From assembly GCA_900553835.1 (NCBI GenBank), contig USFF01000004.1, positions 1 through 59,383 of the forward strand: a DNA stretch of 59,383 nt, given 5' to 3'. Positions 27,285 to 36,712 of the stretch are shown here, piece by piece. The notes beneath the pieces were generated by a model that was not told the origin of the DNA, did no database searches, and worked only from the letters and a program-made list of their open reading frames with translations. Source of the stretch: an uncultured Mycoplasmatota bacterium. Its GTDB lineage: Bacteria; Bacillota_I; Bacilli_A; RF39; UBA660. Each line of letters opens with the position of its first letter. Position 1 is the stretch's first letter. The translations under genes and the position numbers were made by a program.

Positions 27285-28007
27285 CTATATTTCTTTTTTA
27301 AAAAATGTGTCAAAATAAAATTTAGTTTTAAGAAATTTAACAATTAAATCACAAACTTCAGTTTGTCTATCATTATTAAAAACGTCATGATTAATTCTTT
27401 TTACCTTGTAAAGATATTTATTCTTACTTTTAATATTATCATAAATATATGTAGAACTACTAAAGGGCACTAATTTATCTTTAGAGCCATGAATAATTAA
27501 TGTAGGAATATTAATATTCCTAACAACATCTTGGTTTTCTTTGACAATACTCATAAATTCCTTTAAAGAATTAAGTGGCATTTTTAAAAATCTCGAATAA
27601 ATTTCTTCTGCACTATAATCACTAACATTAGTTTTAATTAGACCCATTAACTCTCTAACATTTAGTTTGCTTTCATAACTATTTAAATACTGAAATGCTG
27701 CAGCAGCAAGAACAAGTTTTTTTACTTCTTTGTATTCACTTGCTACTATGGAAGCAATAACTCCTCCCATTGAATGTCCTATTACATAAATATCTTTATA
27801 TCCATGATTAATTAACATTTCAATATGACTTCTTGCACTATTTATCCAGTCTTCCCTTGTAGCCTTATCCTTTCTTGACTCATGACCTGGTAAAGTAAAA
27901 GAAAACACATCAAAGTTTTTAACAAACTCAAGAACATTAGCTAAGTTCTCCTCATCATATGTCCCACCTGCAAAACCATGAATAATTAAAATTGCTTTTC
28001 TCCTCAT
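27285..28007 (-). CDS. Alpha/beta hydrolase (carboxylesterase or monoacylglycerol-lipase-like)
   Basis: ILIIHGFAGG, the nucleophile elbow GHSMGG, and the late blocks IIHGSKDKLVP and NHDVF; 240 aa. Confidence 0.75.
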   Translation of the reverse strand: MRRKAILIIHGFAGGTYDEENLANVLEFVKNFDVFSFTLPGHESRKDKATREDWINSARSHIEMLINHGYKDIYVIGHSMGGVIASIVASEYKEVKKLVLAAAAFQYLNSYESKLNVRELMGLIKTNVSDYSAEEIYSRFLKMPLNSLKEFMSIVKENQDVVRNINIPTLIIHGSKDKLVPFSSSTYIYDNIKSKNKYLYKVKRINHDVFNNDRQTEVCDLIVKFLKTKFYFDTFFKKEI

Positions 28008-28117
28008 AAAAACCTCACTTAATTAAATTTTAACACATATTTACATATTTTGTTTAATAAATATGACTATTTTACATAAAATAATGATATAATAATAAAT
28101 ATAAGGAGAGTGAACAA

Positions 28118-28522
28118 ATGAAAAAAGAAACTGGAAAAATAGTTGCAGGCGCAGTAGCAGGTGCAGTTATAGGTGGAACACTAGGAGTATTATTTGCACC
28201 TAGAAAGGGAAGCGACACAAGAGCAAAAATAAAAGAAACTTTTAACAATCTAAAAGACAAAGTAGCAAACTTATCAAGTGAAGATATACAAAAGTATATA
28301 AACAAAAAACTAGATGAAATAGATAAAGAAATAAGTTTACTTGAAATAACAAATAATTATAAAGAAGCAAAAAGAAGAGGTAAAAAGTTAATTAAAAAAA
28401 TAAACAAATTAATTAACTACTGTGCTAAAAAAGGCAAAGATGAATTTGAAGAATTAATAGAAGACTTAAAAGAAAGAGTAGAAGAGATATCTGAAGAAAT
28501 TCTAACAAATTTAGATAACTAA
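28118..28522 (+). CDS. YtxH-domain protein (general-stress-like, N-terminal membrane helix plus coiled coil)
   Basis: GAVAGAVIGGTLGVLFAPRKGSDTRAKIKE is the YtxH signature. An RBS GGAGAG lies upstream. 134 aa. Confidence 0.7.
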   Translation: MKKETGKIVAGAVAGAVIGGTLGVLFAPRKGSDTRAKIKETFNNLKDKVANLSSEDIQKYINKKLDEIDKEISLLEITNNYKEAKRRGKKLIKKINKLINYCAKKGKDEFEELIEDLKERVEEISEEILTNLDN

Positions 28523-28525
28523 AAA

Positions 28526-28557
28526 ATACCAAGAGATCAATTTCTTGGTATTTTTTT
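28526..28557 (+). terminator. Intrinsic terminator after the ytxH-like gene
   Basis: A 9 bp stem ataccaaga/tcttggtat (28526-28534 and 28543-28551) is followed by a T7 run. Confidence 0.6.
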
Positions 28558-28635
28558 GCTTTTTATAACATTAAGGTGCTTTGTTCCTTCTTACTAGAAA
28601 ATAGATATACTCCATATTTTTAATAATTTCAACAT

Positions 28636-28692
28636 TTTTACACCAAACCGAGATTTTTTATAGCTGATTTTACACCAAACTGAGATTTTTTA
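28636..28692. repeat. Tandem direct repeat of 2 x 25 nt with a 32 nt period in a convergent intergenic region
   Basis: ttttacaccaaaccgagatttttta (28636-28660) and ttttacaccaaactgagatttttta (28668-28692) differ at one position. Confidence 0.6.
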
Positions 28693-28712
28693 AAAAAATG
28701 TAAAAATTTAAA

Positions 28713-28737
28713 CAAAAAAAGCTTTAACAGCTTTTTA
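28713..28737 (-). terminator. Intrinsic terminator of glyA
   Basis: On the minus strand AAAAAGCUGUUAAAGCUUUUUUUGUUU forms a stem agct/agct extended by A-U pairs. It overlaps the stop codon and is followed by a U-run. Confidence 0.5.
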
Positions 28738-29958
28738 ATAATTAAGTGGATGTTTCTTTGTTAACTCAAGAATTTTACTTTTATTTGAGTTAAGAACTTT
28801 CTCATTATCTTTATTTCTTAAAACTTCTACAATACTTTGAGTAATTAATCTAAAATCCTCTTCATTTAACCCTCTTGTAGTCATAGCAGCACTTCCTAGC
28901 CTTAATCCACTAGTTAAATTTGGCTTTAATTTATCAAATGGTATCATATTCTTATTAACAGTTACATTAATTCCATCTAAAATTGTTTCTGCTTCTTTAC
29001 CAGTAAGTCCGAAACTTTTGTTAACATCTATAAGCATTAAATGATTATCGGTTCCTCCAGAAACTACTTTAACACCAAGTCTTTTAAATTCCTCTGCCAT
29101 TGCTTTAGCATTCTTAAGAACATTAATAGCATACTCTTTAAAATCAGGCTCTAGTGCTTCACTAAAACACTGTGCTTTAGCGGCTATAACATGCATTAAA
29201 GGTCCACCCTGAATTCCAGGAAAAACAGTTTTATTTACTTTTTTAGAAATTTCTTCATTATTAGTTAAAATAATTCCACCTCTAGGTCCTCTTAAAGTTT
29301 TGTGAGTAGTAGAAGTAACAACATCAGCAAAAGGAACAGGGTTCATGTGAACTCCGGCCGCTACTAAACCAGCTATATGAGCCATATCTACCATCAAATA
29401 AGCGCCTACTTCATCTGCAATTCGCCTAAACTCTTCAAAATCGATTTTCTTACTATAAGCACTTGAACCAGCAATAATTAATTTTGGTTTAAAATACCTA
29501 ACAATAAGTTTTAGTTCTTCATAATCAATTTCTTCAGTTATTTCATTTACTCCATAACTAGCAAAATTATAATCTTTTCCGCTAAAGTTAACTTTACTTC
29601 CATGAGTCAAATGTCCACCATGATCTAGGTTCATTCCAAGCACGAAATCTCCTGGATTAAGAAGTGCTCTTAAAACTGCCATATTGGCAGAACTTCCACT
29701 ATGAGGCTGAACGTTAACATATTTTGCACCAAAAAGTTCGCGAGCCAAAGATATTGCTTTTTCTTCAAACAAATCAACTATTTCACAACCACCATAATAT
29801 CTCTTTTTAGGATACCCTTCGGCATATTTATTAGTAAGTATACTACCTTGCAAATCTAAAATAGCTTTAGAAGCATAATTTTCGCTTGCAATTAACTCTA
29901 CATTTTTCTCTTGTCTTTCTCTTTCAAGCATTAAAAATCTCTTTAAATCTTCATTCAT
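28735..29958 (-). CDS. glyA: Serine hydroxymethyltransferase
   Basis: PLP-lysine block [14 protein letters not shown], together with ELIASENY and [11 protein letters not shown] place the start at the ATG at 29958, preceded by GGGGGG 8 nt upstream. The track ORF starts at the TTG at 29976. Confidence 0.95.
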   Translation of the reverse strand: MNEDLKRFLMLERERQEKNVELIASENYASKAILDLQGSILTNKYAEGYPKKRYYGGCEIVDLFEEKAISLARELFGAKYVNVQPHSGSSANMAVLRALLNPGDFVLGMNLDHGGHLTHGSKVNFSGKDYNFASYGVNEITEEIDYEELKLIVRYFKPKLIIAGSSAYSKKIDFEEFRRIADEVGAYLMVDMAHIAGLVAAGVHMNPVPFADVVTSTTHKTLRGPRGGIILTNNEEISKKVNKTVFPGIQGGPLMHVIAAKAQCFSEALEPDFKEYAINVLKNAKAMAEEFKRLGVKVVSGGTDNHLMLIDVNKSFGLTGKEAETILDGINVTVNKNMIPFDKLKPNLTSGLRLGSAAMTTRGLNEEDFRLITQSIVEVLRNKDNEKVLNSNKSKILELTKKHPLNY

Positions 29959-29979
29959 TTTATTTCCCCCCAACAATAA

Positions 29980-30582
29980 TTAAACGCTAGGACAAGTAGT
30001 CCCTGTATTACCTGTTGCATATAAATGTGCACTAAAACTTCCACCTAAAAGTGAACTTTGATCATTACTTTCATCATAACTAAGCCACATTTTTAATGTA
30101 TAACTATCTCCTGCAGTATTAGAACTAGCAAGTTGATTACCAGAACTTAATAATATATAGGCTTTTCCATCACTTCCATAAGTAACAGTACTGAAATTAC
30201 CTAAAGTACTACTAGATGATCCTTTGTTAAACTCATAACTTAAATATTTACTATTTTTAATATTTGTACTTATTGAATCAACAACTAAATATAGATTATA
30301 ACAAACAGCTAAATTAGAATCAGTAGTTCTTTTAACAGTAAAATTTTTAATACTAGCCTTGCTATCTTTAGTACTATCTAAAATAGGTGCCATTCCTGTT
30401 CCACTTATAGAATTACTATCAATCCTTAATTTAACATTACCAGTCGTTATTTTAAATGGATTAGTATTATTAACAATTCTTGCTTGGAAATAAGCATAAC
30501 TAGCTGCAAAAACAAGTACAACCAAACAAATTACACTAATACTCATTAATAACACATAATTTTTAGAGATTGGTTCATTCAT
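29980..30582 (-). CDS. Secreted protein with a SipW-type (TasA/camelysin-like) signal peptide
   Basis: The N-terminus VICLVVLVFAASYAYFQARIVNNTNPFKITTGNVKL resembles the GGTxAxFSD...NN.F..G.L.L start of TasA/CalY-family proteins. 200 aa, Ser/Thr/Asn-rich and beta-rich. It ends 22 nt before the glyA ATG that I place at 29958. Confidence 0.45.
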   Translation of the reverse strand: MNEPISKNYVLLMSISVICLVVLVFAASYAYFQARIVNNTNPFKITTGNVKLRIDSNSISGTGMAPILDSTKDSKASIKNFTVKRTTDSNLAVCYNLYLVVDSISTNIKNSKYLSYEFNKGSSSSTLGNFSTVTYGSDGKAYILLSSGNQLASSNTAGDSYTLKMWLSYDESNDQSSLLGGSFSAHLYATGNTGTTCPSV

Positions 30583-30610
30583 TTTACTCCCTACTTTCTA
30601 TAACAATTTT

Positions 30611-30646
30611 ATAACAAATTACATGTTTTTTCAAGTAATTTGTTAT
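30611..30646. promoter_or_regulatory. Perfect 12 bp inverted repeat in the divergent promoter region (operator candidate)
   Basis: ataacaaattac (30611-30622) and gtaatttgttat (30635-30646), separated by 12 nt, lie between the divergent 29980..30582 operon and the helicase gene. Confidence 0.3.
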
Positions 30647-30833
30647 TCTTTTTAAAAAAGTTGCTCAATTCAATATTATCATTTGCCAAAAATTTGTGTT
30701 TATCATTTGATATCACGTTATATAGTATAGTTTAAAATAAAAATATACGGTCATTTTAAGTGGAACATTATTGATTGAAAGTGACTTTTTTATATTTATT
30801 TGATACAATATATTTAGAATAAAGGGTGTAGTT

Positions 30834-33119
30834 ATGAAAGAAGTGTTTATTAATAAATTTAATAATAGAGAGTATATTTCTAAATATTTATATGAATCAG
30901 TTAGAGATGAGTTGAATTTATCTAATTTTGACATAGTAAAATATAATGATGCTATACTAGAAAGTGAATATAATATATATAAAGATTATTTTTTAAATAT
31001 GTACAAAGGAATAGATAATAATGTTGTATTAGATAAAGAACAAATTAAAGCAATCTTGGCTGATGAAAAATACTCTTTGATAATCGCAGGTGCTGGAACT
31101 GGTAAGACTACTACCATGGCTTCTAAAGTTAAATATTTAGTTGATATAAAACATATTAATCCTTCTAAGATACTTGTAATGAGTTACACTAAAAAGGCTA
31201 CTGAAGAATTAGAAAGCAGAATTTTAGGAGACTTTAATATACCAGCTAAAGTGACTACTTTTCATAGTTTAGGATATATGTATATTAGAAAAATATTTTA
31301 TGATAGAAAGTGTTATGTTGTTGATAATAATTTAAAAAATCAATTCTTTTTAGAGTATTTTAAAGAAAATATATTCCCTTATAAGGATAAAGTTAAAGAG
31401 ATAACTGAAATATTTGATAAGAATAAACTTAATAAAAATTTTGTGTTTAGCGAATATTTTGTTAACAATTATTTTAAGTTTGACACTTATGAAGAATTTT
31501 TTGATTCATATAAAGATCATAAATTAGCAGAAGCACGTGAAAAAGGCCTTAAACAGACGATAGATTCGCTTATTGAAAAGAGACTTAATGGCGAATATAT
31601 TAGGACCATTAAAGGCGAAATAGTTAAATCTATTGGAGAAGCTAAAATAGCTAATTACTTATTCACACATGATATTGATTATACCTACGAGAAAGTTTAT
31701 ACTGAACTTATGGATGAAAATAAAATATATAAACCTGATTTTACTATTAATATAGGTGGAGAAGATATTTATATAGAATATTTTGGCTTATCTAATTATA
31801 AAGAGAAAGAGTTAAATAAATATAATAAGATAAAAGAATTGAAAGTTAATTATCACAAGAAAAATCACACTAATTTTATAGCAATCGATTATATGCGTGA
31901 TGAAGATATTTTGAAAACTCTAGAAAATGGTCTAATGAAGTTTGGAGTTATTCCTAAAGAAATAACTTTAGAAAGAATTCTTTTTGGTATATACGATAGT
32001 AATCCACTTAGTTTAATATATCCTTTTAAAAGCTTTATGTATAAATGTATTAGTGATATTAAGGGAAGCAAAGATAGAAATAATTACATAAGTATTGTTA
32101 GAGATTATCTAAATGGTGTAAACAATGAAGAAAAGAAAGTCATGGTAAAACAGTTTTATTATATAAATGATTTTTACCATTATTATCAAAACAAGTTATT
32201 TGGTTCAAATGAATATGGATTTGAATATAGTGATTTAATTTATTATGCGAATAAGTATATAAGCGCTATTGATGATGACAGTAATTTAAAGTATGATTAT
32301 ATTATTATTGATGAGTATCAAGATATTTCTAAAGATAGATATGATATTGTTAATAACACTAGAGTAAGAAACGATTCTAATATAGTGGCTGTTGGTGATG
32401 ATTTTCAAAGCATTTATCAGTTTAGTGGTTCTAGAATAGATTTTACTTATAATTTTGAAAAGTATTTTAAAGGAGCTAAGTTACTCAAGATTAGTAAGAC
32501 TTATAGAAATAGTCAAGAACTTACTAATTATTCTGGAACTTTTGTTATGAGAAATGAAAATCAAATTAAAAAAGAATTAGTAAGTGATAAGCACGAAAAA
32601 TATCCAATTAGATTTGTTACATTTAAAAGAGTAGAAAATAACGATAATAGCGAATATTTAAAATTAAAAGAGTTGATCCTTAAGATCCATGAAATTAATC
32701 CAAGTGATAGAATACTTGTTCTTGGTAGAACTAATAGTGTAATTAACAGATGTTTTAATGAAGTTGACTTAAAGGATGAAATAGGAAATAAGATTGAATT
32801 TGTTGGTTATGAAGATATTCTTATAGATGGCATGACAATGCATAAGTCAAAGGGGCTTACATATGACCAAGTTATTATTATTGGACTTAACAAGAGTTTT
32901 CCCGCAAGTGAACATTCATTATTTTGGTTAGAGTCTTTATTTAAGAATGAACTAATTGATGAAGGTATACCTTTTGCTGAAGAAAGAAGACTTTTCTACG
33001 TTGCGCTTACTAGAACAAAAAATAAAGTGTTCTTACTTGTTAATGAGAATATAAATGATAGAAGTATATTTATAAATGAAATATATCAAATTATAAAAGA
33101 TAATAGCCCAAGCAATTAG
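30834..33119 (+). CDS. SF1 UvrD/helicase-IV-like DNA helicase with a PD-(D/E)xK-like insertion in the 1B region
   Basis: Motif I AGAGTGKTTT, Ia VMSYTKKATEEL, TFHSLG, II IIIDEYQDIS, III VGDDFQSIYQFSGS, IV KTYRNSQEL, V-VI MTMHKSKGLTYDQVII and FYVALTRTKNKV. About 345 aa lie between TFHSLG and DEYQD, including SIGEAKIANYLF...YKPDFTI...IYIEYFG. Confidence 0.8.
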   Translation: MKEVFINKFNNREYISKYLYESVRDELNLSNFDIVKYNDAILESEYNIYKDYFLNMYKGIDNNVVLDKEQIKAILADEKYSLIIAGAGTGKTTTMASKVKYLVDIKHINPSKILVMSYTKKATEELESRILGDFNIPAKVTTFHSLGYMYIRKIFYDRKCYVVDNNLKNQFFLEYFKENIFPYKDKVKEITEIFDKNKLNKNFVFSEYFVNNYFKFDTYEEFFDSYKDHKLAEAREKGLKQTIDSLIEKRLNGEYIRTIKGEIVKSIGEAKIANYLFTHDIDYTYEKVYTELMDENKIYKPDFTINIGGEDIYIEYFGLSNYKEKELNKYNKIKELKVNYHKKNHTNFIAIDYMRDEDILKTLENGLMKFGVIPKEITLERILFGIYDSNPLSLIYPFKSFMYKCISDIKGSKDRNNYISIVRDYLNGVNNEEKKVMVKQFYYINDFYHYYQNKLFGSNEYGFEYSDLIYYANKYISAIDDDSNLKYDYIIIDEYQDISKDRYDIVNNTRVRNDSNIVAVGDDFQSIYQFSGSRIDFTYNFEKYFKGAKLLKISKTYRNSQELTNYSGTFVMRNENQIKKELVSDKHEKYPIRFVTFKRVENNDNSEYLKLKELILKIHEINPSDRILVLGRTNSVINRCFNEVDLKDEIGNKIEFVGYEDILIDGMTMHKSKGLTYDQVIIIGLNKSFPASEHSLFWLESLFKNELIDEGIPFAEERRLFYVALTRTKNKVFLLVNENINDRSIFINEIYQIIKDNSPSN

Positions 33120-33136
33120 CTTGGGGTTGTTTTTTA
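33107..33136 (+). terminator. Intrinsic terminator of the helicase gene
   Basis: The stem cccaagc/gcttggg (33107-33113 and 33119-33125) encloses the stop codon and is followed by gttgtttttt. Confidence 0.6.
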
Positions 33137-33286
33137 TTCAAAAGAAATAAGATAACCTTAATGTTGTTTTGTTATACTTGATTTATTATATATCAATATT
33201 AGTTAAATTTGTTACTGACATTTTCATTAAATATTCACACTTTTTCATACATACATTTATGGTTGAAATAACGCATCTAAAGTGTT

Positions 33287-34390
33287 TTATATTTTCTTAT
33301 ATTTAGATAGTGTTTTCACTGTTTCTTTACTAAGATTTCCTGTTATTGGTTTATTAGCTAGTTCAATATCTTCGTATAAATTATTTAATTCTCTATAAAA
33401 TTTACCTGATATACCATCTATTTCACAAACTTCCATTTGTCCAATACATAACGGGTTTGCTTGTCTGATTTTAGGTTTTGATACAATTATTAATCCATCA
33501 ATATTATTAACCGCATATGATACTTTTTCTAATGATAAGATATCTTTTAAAACTGACCCGTACTTGCTACTAAGTATTTTAGTGATAATTTCTTGTTCGC
33601 TTAGTTCAAATAAGTCTTTCTCAGTTATAAGACCAATGTCTTCATAATATTTTAAAGCAAGTCCTAATACTTCCATTAAGTAACGGTCTTCTTTTGAAAG
33701 TAATATTTTACTGTATGTATTGATTGCTTTAAAAAAATCTTCATATTCTGCATTATGATGTTCGCTTAAGACAATTTCACCACCGAAATTTCTTAAACGA
33801 TCATTTGAAATATCAAAACACATGCCATTTAAATTTTCAAAATATGTAAGCATGTAATATAAATTTTTAATTTCATCAAACGAATGAGTCTTTGCCCAAA
33901 AGAGACAAGTAGTTAGTATACCATCTACTCTGTCTAAACAAAGTGATGGAATTTTTTTATCAATTAAAGGATATTTACTTGGATTAACTACTTCGTCTAT
34001 ATTAATACCATCTTCATGTAGGTATGTTAATAATTCTTCATCTTTTTGAATGATAGATTTTATGTCTAATTCATCACTTTCTTGAGTTAAAGAGTCTCCT
34101 TTTTTAAAAGAGTTAACATGTGCAAAGGATAAAGAGCCAACATCATGAAATGCTCCGGTTAAGGTGACCTTTAAATCTTCCGATAATTTCCAGGCAGTAT
34201 AAGCAACATTTTTAGAATGATCGTATCTTGAATAATATTCATTAGGTTTTATGCTGTTTATTCCAATATAGTCCATCCCACAAAATAAGCCTTTTCCTTT
34301 TAGCCTTTTTAAAGTCTTTGTTTTAAAGTATTTGTCTAATGCACCATTAGAATTTTCTTTATTTAAATTGTTATATTTTTCTACTAACAT
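33287..34390 (-). CDS. HD-domain phosphohydrolase of the SAMHD1/COG1078 type (possible dNTP triphosphohydrolase-like)
   Basis: LKRLKGKGLFCG...YSRYDHSKNVAYTAWKL ... LTGAFHDVGSLSFAH parallels the RL..I.QLG...R.EHSLGV ... LLHDIGHGPFSH layout of this family; 367 aa. Confidence 0.65.
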   Translation of the reverse strand: MLVEKYNNLNKENSNGALDKYFKTKTLKRLKGKGLFCGMDYIGINSIKPNEYYSRYDHSKNVAYTAWKLSEDLKVTLTGAFHDVGSLSFAHVNSFKKGDSLTQESDELDIKSIIQKDEELLTYLHEDGINIDEVVNPSKYPLIDKKIPSLCLDRVDGILTTCLFWAKTHSFDEIKNLYYMLTYFENLNGMCFDISNDRLRNFGGEIVLSEHHNAEYEDFFKAINTYSKILLSKEDRYLMEVLGLALKYYEDIGLITEKDLFELSEQEIITKILSSKYGSVLKDILSLEKVSYAVNNIDGLIIVSKPKIRQANPLCIGQMEVCEIDGISGKFYRELNNLYEDIELANKPITGNLSKETVKTLSKYKKI

Positions 34391-34526
34391 AAATCCTCCA
34401 GCAAATTATTAAAATTTTAATTTAATGTAAAATATATTCTATCATAAATTAATTAATATTAAAACCACTATAAAGTTTAAAGTTGTTACAGAATGTTAAA
34501 ATTTGTACCTAAAATCAAAATTACAA

Positions 34527-34550
34527 ATAAAAAACCCTTAAAATAAGGGC
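34527..34550 (-). terminator. Intrinsic terminator after tRNA-Cys
   Basis: On the minus strand the stem ccctta/taaggg with a 3 nt loop is followed by UUUUUU, encoded by the A-run at 34528-34534. Confidence 0.5.
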
Positions 34551-34563
34551 TTATATTCTTACT

Positions 34564-34638
34564 TGGAGGATCCGGCCGGAGTCGAACCGGCGATCGCGGA
34601 GTTGCAGTCCGATGCCTTAGCCTCTTGGCTACGGATCC
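34564..34638 (-). tRNA. tRNA-Cys (anticodon GCA), CCA encoded
   Basis: The reverse complement reads GGATCCGTAGCCAAGAGGCTAAGGCATCGGACTGCAACTCCGCGATCGCCGGTTCGACTCCGGCCGGATCCTCCA. It has a 7 bp acceptor stem GGATCCG/CGGATCC, anticodon loop CTGCAAC, T-arm GGTTCGACTCC and a 3' CCA. It is a GC-rich island in AT-rich DNA. Confidence 0.9.
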
Positions 34639-34689
34639 ATCTGAAGTAACAATATTATACCAAATAATATGTTACTTTAAAAGAGAAAA

Positions 34690-36291
34690 TTACAAATTTA
34701 TTAAATATTTTTCATTTCTTATGCAAATTTCTAGTTTTATACTAGTAGAATTTTTTACTTCAGAAGGCACTTCTATGAAAACATCTTTAAATTTTACATT
34801 ACCAAAATCTTTAATTACAGGCTTGTAAGTCTTTACAACTCCATCATAATTATAAGTTATTTTGCCAAAGTATTTTATGAAATCACTATTTGTTTTTATA
34901 AATTTATTTATGTATAAATCTTCATCTAAAACGTATTCCATATTAATTTTCATAATCGTTCTTGAACCTTTACCAATTACGTCTGGTTTTATAGTTTTTG
35001 TACCTGTGTATTTTTTTCCATTAACTACATAACTAAAGTTTTCAGTAAATGTGTCATTAATATATGAATTGTTAATAATAATTTCACTATTATTTAATGT
35101 TGAATTTTTTAAACTTACCCCTTCTTTGGTTTTATATTTATTAGATAAGTCAGTGTAAAATAATTCTTTAATATCTAATAAAACTTCTTTGTATCTTGAT
35201 TTGATTTCACCTTTTATTGTGTCTACTCCTTCATTTAACCTTAAAGTTGCTTTGTTAAAGACCAAATCATTTGCTACAGCAAATATAAATAAGTATTCAT
35301 TTTTCTCTCCTGCATATAGAATTTTATTTTCTGTGAAACCTTCTCCTAAATCTACAAAACTTTCATTTAACGAGTAGTTAGGATAATATCTTACTCCATC
35401 TACAACTAAAAATAATTTATCAGTTTCTAGGTATGATCTTACTGTATTAGTGTTTTCTATTTCTGTCTTTACAATTATGTATCTTTTGTTTTCAAATTGG
35501 TTACCATTATAATCAACATCAGTTATGTATGAAGATAGCACATTAAATGTTAAACCATTTATGTTAAATTTATCAGTTTCATGGTATGTTTTACTATATA
35601 CAGTTATGTTTAGATATATTAGGAACCCTATTACAAGAACTATAACTGAACATATTACAGCAAAGAAAAATTTGTTTTCTACTATATAGTATTTTAGTTC
35701 CCTTATTGTTTTTCTTAACCATCTTTTTACTTTATAACTATTGTCACCCAAAGTTACTTCAATTTCTTCTTGGTCTTCTTCAGCTATGTCTAGTTCTTCT
35801 AAGTCTTTTTTAAAATCAAATTTCTTTATATCAAAGCCTATTGCTCTTATTACACTTATTACTAAAAATATATATTGTGGTACATAAAGTAGCAAAATTA
35901 TGTCTCTGTATGCCCGAATAGTTCTAACGTTTAAAGTAGTATTTACTAAGTTATTGAAAGCATTAAAGTAAATTAAGTAACTAATGAATAATAAAAAGTA
36001 GAAAACTATAAAAGTTATATAAAATGTACGACTTTTCTTTTTCCATTTCATTAATAAATAGATAAAAAGAGCAGCTAAGATTATTAGTAATGAACAGATA
36101 AACATATAAAAGTTTATGTGTGAAGAGATTAAGTTTTCAGTGTAGTTATAAAATCCTTGATTAGCATAGTCATTAAAAAATTTAAATATGTTGTGTGTTT
36201 TAATTAGTAAGTATAATACTAAAGCAGATAAAATTAAATGTATACTTCTAAAGTGTTTTATTAGAAATGCATATGGTTTTTTTATAATCAC
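34690..36291 (-). CDS. Polytopic membrane protein with a large extracytoplasmic beta-rich C-terminal domain, function unknown
   Basis: 533 aa with about 5 N-terminal TM segments, an acidic linker (EELDIAEEDQEEIE), one more TM segment, then about 300 aa rich in N/Y/K. No catalytic motif recognised. Confidence 0.5.
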   Translation of the reverse strand: MIIKKPYAFLIKHFRSIHLILSALVLYLLIKTHNIFKFFNDYANQGFYNYTENLISSHINFYMFICSLLIILAALFIYLLMKWKKKSRTFYITFIVFYFLLFISYLIYFNAFNNLVNTTLNVRTIRAYRDIILLLYVPQYIFLVISVIRAIGFDIKKFDFKKDLEELDIAEEDQEEIEVTLGDNSYKVKRWLRKTIRELKYYIVENKFFFAVICSVIVLVIGFLIYLNITVYSKTYHETDKFNINGLTFNVLSSYITDVDYNGNQFENKRYIIVKTEIENTNTVRSYLETDKLFLVVDGVRYYPNYSLNESFVDLGEGFTENKILYAGEKNEYLFIFAVANDLVFNKATLRLNEGVDTIKGEIKSRYKEVLLDIKELFYTDLSNKYKTKEGVSLKNSTLNNSEIIINNSYINDTFTENFSYVVNGKKYTGTKTIKPDVIGKGSRTIMKINMEYVLDEDLYINKFIKTNSDFIKYFGKITYNYDGVVKTYKPVIKDFGNVKFKDVFIEVPSEVKNSTSIKLEICIRNEKYLINL

Positions 36292-36347
36292 TTTTATCCC
36301 CTCCTATTCTATTTATATTATAAACAAAAAAGGAGTAAAAAGCAAGA

Positions 36348-36680
36348 TTACTCCCTATAGAAAATCATTTGTCCTGGTAATAAATATATAGTTTTATTTT
36401 GCGCTGCTATTTCACTTTCTTTTGCTCCGAATATGTTTGAAACCATTTTTAATGTGTCATCTTCTTTAGTAATATAGTATTGGATTCCTTTTTTAGGAAT
36501 TATTAATGTTTGATTTGGATAAATGTATTCTTCTACTTTTAATCCATTTAATTCACTTACTAATTTTGGATTAACATTAAATTTTTTACTTATTGAATAT
36601 AAAGTGTCTCCCTTATTTACAGTATAATAAGTATAATATTCGGTATCCATAACCTTTCTAAATTCTTCCATAACATACAC
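36348..36680 (-). CDS. Small protein with two LysM peptidoglycan-binding domains
   Basis: YTVNKGDTLYSISKKFNVNPKLVSELNGL and YYITKEDDTLKMVSNIFGAKESEIAAQN each fit the LysM pattern; 110 aa. I could not identify a signal peptide. Confidence 0.8.
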   Translation of the reverse strand: MYVMEEFRKVMDTEYYTYYTVNKGDTLYSISKKFNVNPKLVSELNGLKVEEYIYPNQTLIIPKKGIQYYITKEDDTLKMVSNIFGAKESEIAAQNKTIYLLPGQMIFYRE

Positions 36681-36712
36681 CCATTATAATATATGTAAAA
36701 GTTTATATATGG

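Noticed and set aside
28072-28305. 77 aa minus-strand ORF opposite the ytxH-like gene.
   Set aside because: It overlaps almost entirely with the plus-strand gene, which carries a clear YtxH signature and an RBS. The antisense translation has no features.
30713-30934. 73 aa minus-strand ORF spanning the helicase promoter and start.
   Set aside because: It has no RBS and an AT-rich low-complexity translation, and it overlaps the 5' end of a helicase gene that has a full motif set.
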